Of a stretch of DNA of 64,000 nt, positions 61,869 to 64,000 are shown one piece after another (within the stretch, counting starts at the first letter, position 1; every line of letters begins with the position of its first letter). The position numbers were made by a program, and so were the translations under genes. Under the pieces are notes generated by a model, which was not told the origin of the DNA, did no database searches, and was given only the letters and a program-made list of their open reading frames with translations. The stretch comes from Cellvibrionales bacterium (GTDB taxonomy: Bacteria; Pseudomonadota; Gammaproteobacteria; Pseudomonadales; UBA7434): the NCBI GenBank assembly GCA_041941365.1, contig JBGTQK010000002.1:158419-222418 (forward strand), written 5' to 3'.

Positions 61869-63389
61869 CTAAGCCGCATAACGTTGCTCCAGGGCTTTTT
61901 GTGCAACTTGATAGTCATCAAATTCATATTTTTTACCTGCAATTAACTGATATTTCTCATGCCCTTTACCAGCTATTACAATGATCTCTCCTTCCGAGGC
62001 TTGCAATACAGCTTCAGAAATCGCTTTTGCTCGATCAAGCTCTACGGTTACTTTTGAAAGATTCTTAATACCAGACTTTATCTGTTCAACAATTGATAAA
62101 GGATCTTCTGAACGAGGGTTGTCATTGGTTAGAAATACCTTTGCAGATTCTCGTTCTGCTACGGCACCCATTTCAGAACGCTTTCCTTTATCACGATCGC
62201 CGCCACACCCAAAAATACAACTGATTCGATTTGATGCATAATCTGTATGTGCTTTTATTGATTTAAGTAAATTCTCAAGAGCGTCTGGTGTATGAGCAAA
62301 ATCAACAACAACCAAAATATCATTCTGAATAGGGTATTCAGATAAAGTAACGATTTGCATTCTTCCTGCCGGAAGTTGAATATTGCTTAAAACGCTAACT
62401 ATATCTTTCAATCCATATTCTTTAAGTAAAACAGCAATAGCTGCCAGTAAATTTGATAAGTTGAATTCGCCAAGCAGAGAAACAAAAACTTTTTGAGTTT
62501 CATCAAATGCCGTTATATCTGCTTTTATGCCACTTAAAGACATTGTTATGTTTTTTGCATAAACATCTGCTTCCTCTGACTTCAAAGAATAAGTTACGCA
62601 TTCTTTTTGCAGTGAACGTTCTTTAGCATTATTGAGCTCATACAACTCTCTACCAAATTTATCATCAATATTGATTACTATTCTTTTTACAGATGCAAAT
62701 TCAAAAAGACTTTTTTTGGCATTTTTATATTCATCGTAAGTTTTGTGGTAATCCAGGTGATCACGGGTTAAATTTGTTATGAGGGCTGTTTTAATTTTAA
62801 TATCAGCAACACGGAATTGATCGAGCGCATGAGAGGAAACCTCTAATGCTGCATGAGTACAACCATTAGTTTTTAATTTATGTAAATGTTTTTGCGAAGC
62901 TATTGCATCTGGAGTTGTGTAGCCAGTATCTATTACACCCTGACTTTCATCAAAAAAACTGGTAACACCTAAAGTACCGATTACTGCACTTTTTCTTCCT
63001 AACGCTGCTTGCATAGATGAGATAAAATATGCGCAGCTTGTTTTTCCATTTGTACCAGTTATCCCGACTATTTCCATTGATTCTGAAGGTGATTGATAAA
63101 ATTTATTCGCAAAACCTGAAGTCTGTTTTTTTAAATCAGGAACCGATATTACAGGAATTTTGTACTCATCATTTTCCAGTTCTTTTTCTTCGCCACCCTC
63201 AAAAAAAACTGCAACTGCTCCCCTTTCTATCGCTTCATCAATATAATCAAGACCAGAAGTTTTTATTCCATTTAAAGCGATAAATACGTCACCCGGTATT
63301 ACCTTTCTGCTATCCAGACTTAAACCCTTAACTTCTATATTTTTATATCGTTCTTGTTTTAAATCTTTATATATATTGACTAACTTCAT
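61869..63389 (-). CDS. murE: UDP-N-acetylmuramoyl-L-alanyl-D-glutamate--2,6-diaminopimelate ligase
   Basis: 506 aa. GTNGKTS, LTRDHLDYH, DFAHTPDAL, GCGGDRDKGKR, and the meso-DAP-specific DNPR motif. This makes it MurE, not MurF. Confidence 0.93.
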   Translation of the reverse strand: MKLVNIYKDLKQERYKNIEVKGLSLDSRKVIPGDVFIALNGIKTSGLDYIDEAIERGAVAVFFEGGEEKELENDEYKIPVISVPDLKKQTSGFANKFYQSPSESMEIVGITGTNGKTSCAYFISSMQAALGRKSAVIGTLGVTSFFDESQGVIDTGYTTPDAIASQKHLHKLKTNGCTHAALEVSSHALDQFRVADIKIKTALITNLTRDHLDYHKTYDEYKNAKKSLFEFASVKRIVINIDDKFGRELYELNNAKERSLQKECVTYSLKSEEADVYAKNITMSLSGIKADITAFDETQKVFVSLLGEFNLSNLLAAIAVLLKEYGLKDIVSVLSNIQLPAGRMQIVTLSEYPIQNDILVVVDFAHTPDALENLLKSIKAHTDYASNRISCIFGCGGDRDKGKRSEMGAVAERESAKVFLTNDNPRSEDPLSIVEQIKSGIKNLSKVTVELDRAKAISEAVLQASEGEIIVIAGKGHEKYQLIAGKKYEFDDYQVAQKALEQRYAA

Positions 63390-63391
63390 AA

Positions 63392-64000
63392 TTAAGCCGC
63401 CCCCTTATCTAAAGTCAGGCTCGGCTTAATATAATTTTTTTCTTTAACATTTTTTCCAAGTAATAACTCGTTTGGTTTATCAGGTTTAACATCCATAATT
63501 CTTAGTGCTGACTGCACAACCTTGGAAAAAACCGGAGCCGCTATTTCTCCACCATAATATTTGTCACCCTTTGGATCTTCTATGGTGACAACTGCTACGA
63601 TTTTTGGATTATAGGCCGGCACCATGCCTGCAAAGGTTGCACGATAACTATCTTTCAAATATCCTTGCTTACCCACACGATGACTTGTTCCGGTTTTTCC
63701 TGCGACACTAAACCCGGGTATTTGAGCTAATACTCCCGTTCCATGCTCTACGACATCTTTCATCATTAACTTTATATCTCTAGCAACTTCTTTAGAAAAG
63801 ATACGTTGGCCATCTACTGCATCCTCAATCCTGTCTTTACTTTTGATCAATGAAATTTCTTTTCTTAAACCACCTGAAGCAATACTGACATAAGCCCTTG
63901 CTAACTGTAGTGCGTTTACCTCCATTCCATGCCCAAATGAAAGTGCAGCACGTTGAATCTCACTCCACTTCTGGTAATTAGGTAAAAAGCCAATACTCTC
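63392..64000 (-). CDS. ftsI: peptidoglycan D,D-transpeptidase FtsI (PBP3). C-terminal part only; the 5' end lies beyond the window.
   Basis: The frame is open to the window edge. KTGT motif (AGKTGTS). Lies immediately upstream of murE. Confidence 0.9.
   Translation of the reverse strand, partial: ESIGFLPNYQKWSEIQRAALSFGHGMEVNALQLARAYVSIASGGLRKEISLIKSKDRIEDAVDGQRIFSKEVARDIKLMMKDVVEHGTGVLAQIPGFSVAGKTGTSHRVGKQGYLKDSYRATFAGMVPAYNPKIVAVVTIEDPKGDKYYGGEIAAPVFSKVVQSALRIMDVKPDKPNELLLGKNVKEKNYIKPSLTLDKGAA

Overview
This is an AT-rich (GC not computed), almost entirely housekeeping chromosomal segment of a gammaproteobacterium. Gene order resembles Pseudomonas and Oceanospirillales-type genomes.

Left to right the window holds:
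- rib operon tail (ribB-like, ribE, ribD), nrdR and glyA on the minus strand
- a small outer-membrane barrel, ettA, and a PAS-GGDEF-EAL protein
- radA
- a DnaT-domain protein plus a lambda-P-like protein
- xdhC-like, cmoB-cmoA, pxpBCA-pgeF, nadE
- pilS-pilR-fimT, converging on a complete minor-pilin operon fimU-pilV-pilW-pilX-pilY1-(pilY2-like)-pilE
- ispH-fkpB-lspA-ileS-ribF-murJ
- an unknown lipoprotein followed by pyrB
- coaE, an alpha/beta hydrolase, a Tat-secreted PhoX-like/DUF839 protein, and yacG
- mutT-argJ-secA, an M23 peptidase, and lpxC
- the dcw cluster ftsZ-ftsA-ftsQ-murC-murG-ftsW-murD-mraY-murE-ftsI (ftsI is partial at the window edge)

I saw no rRNA, tRNA, CRISPR array, IS element or integrase.

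I found no clear-cut novel multi-gene system. The best candidate is the two-gene module at 11258..13054. It encodes a protein with three tandem DnaT-type domains followed by a lambda-P-like helicase-loader homolog. This arrangement mirrors E. coli dnaT-dnaC but uses a different phage-derived loader, and it has no prophage context.

Other points worth checking:
- The dcw cluster lacks both murF and ddl, the D-Ala-D-Ala branch.
- An exact AlgR-core 9-mer lies upstream of fimU.
- A 12-bp tandem repeat with in-frame ATGs sits at the pilY1 5' end.
- Two genes are inserted between coaE and yacG.
- pyrB is tightly coupled to the unknown lipoprotein gene.

All calls come from reading the ORF translations and the DNA by eye. 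No searches were run.
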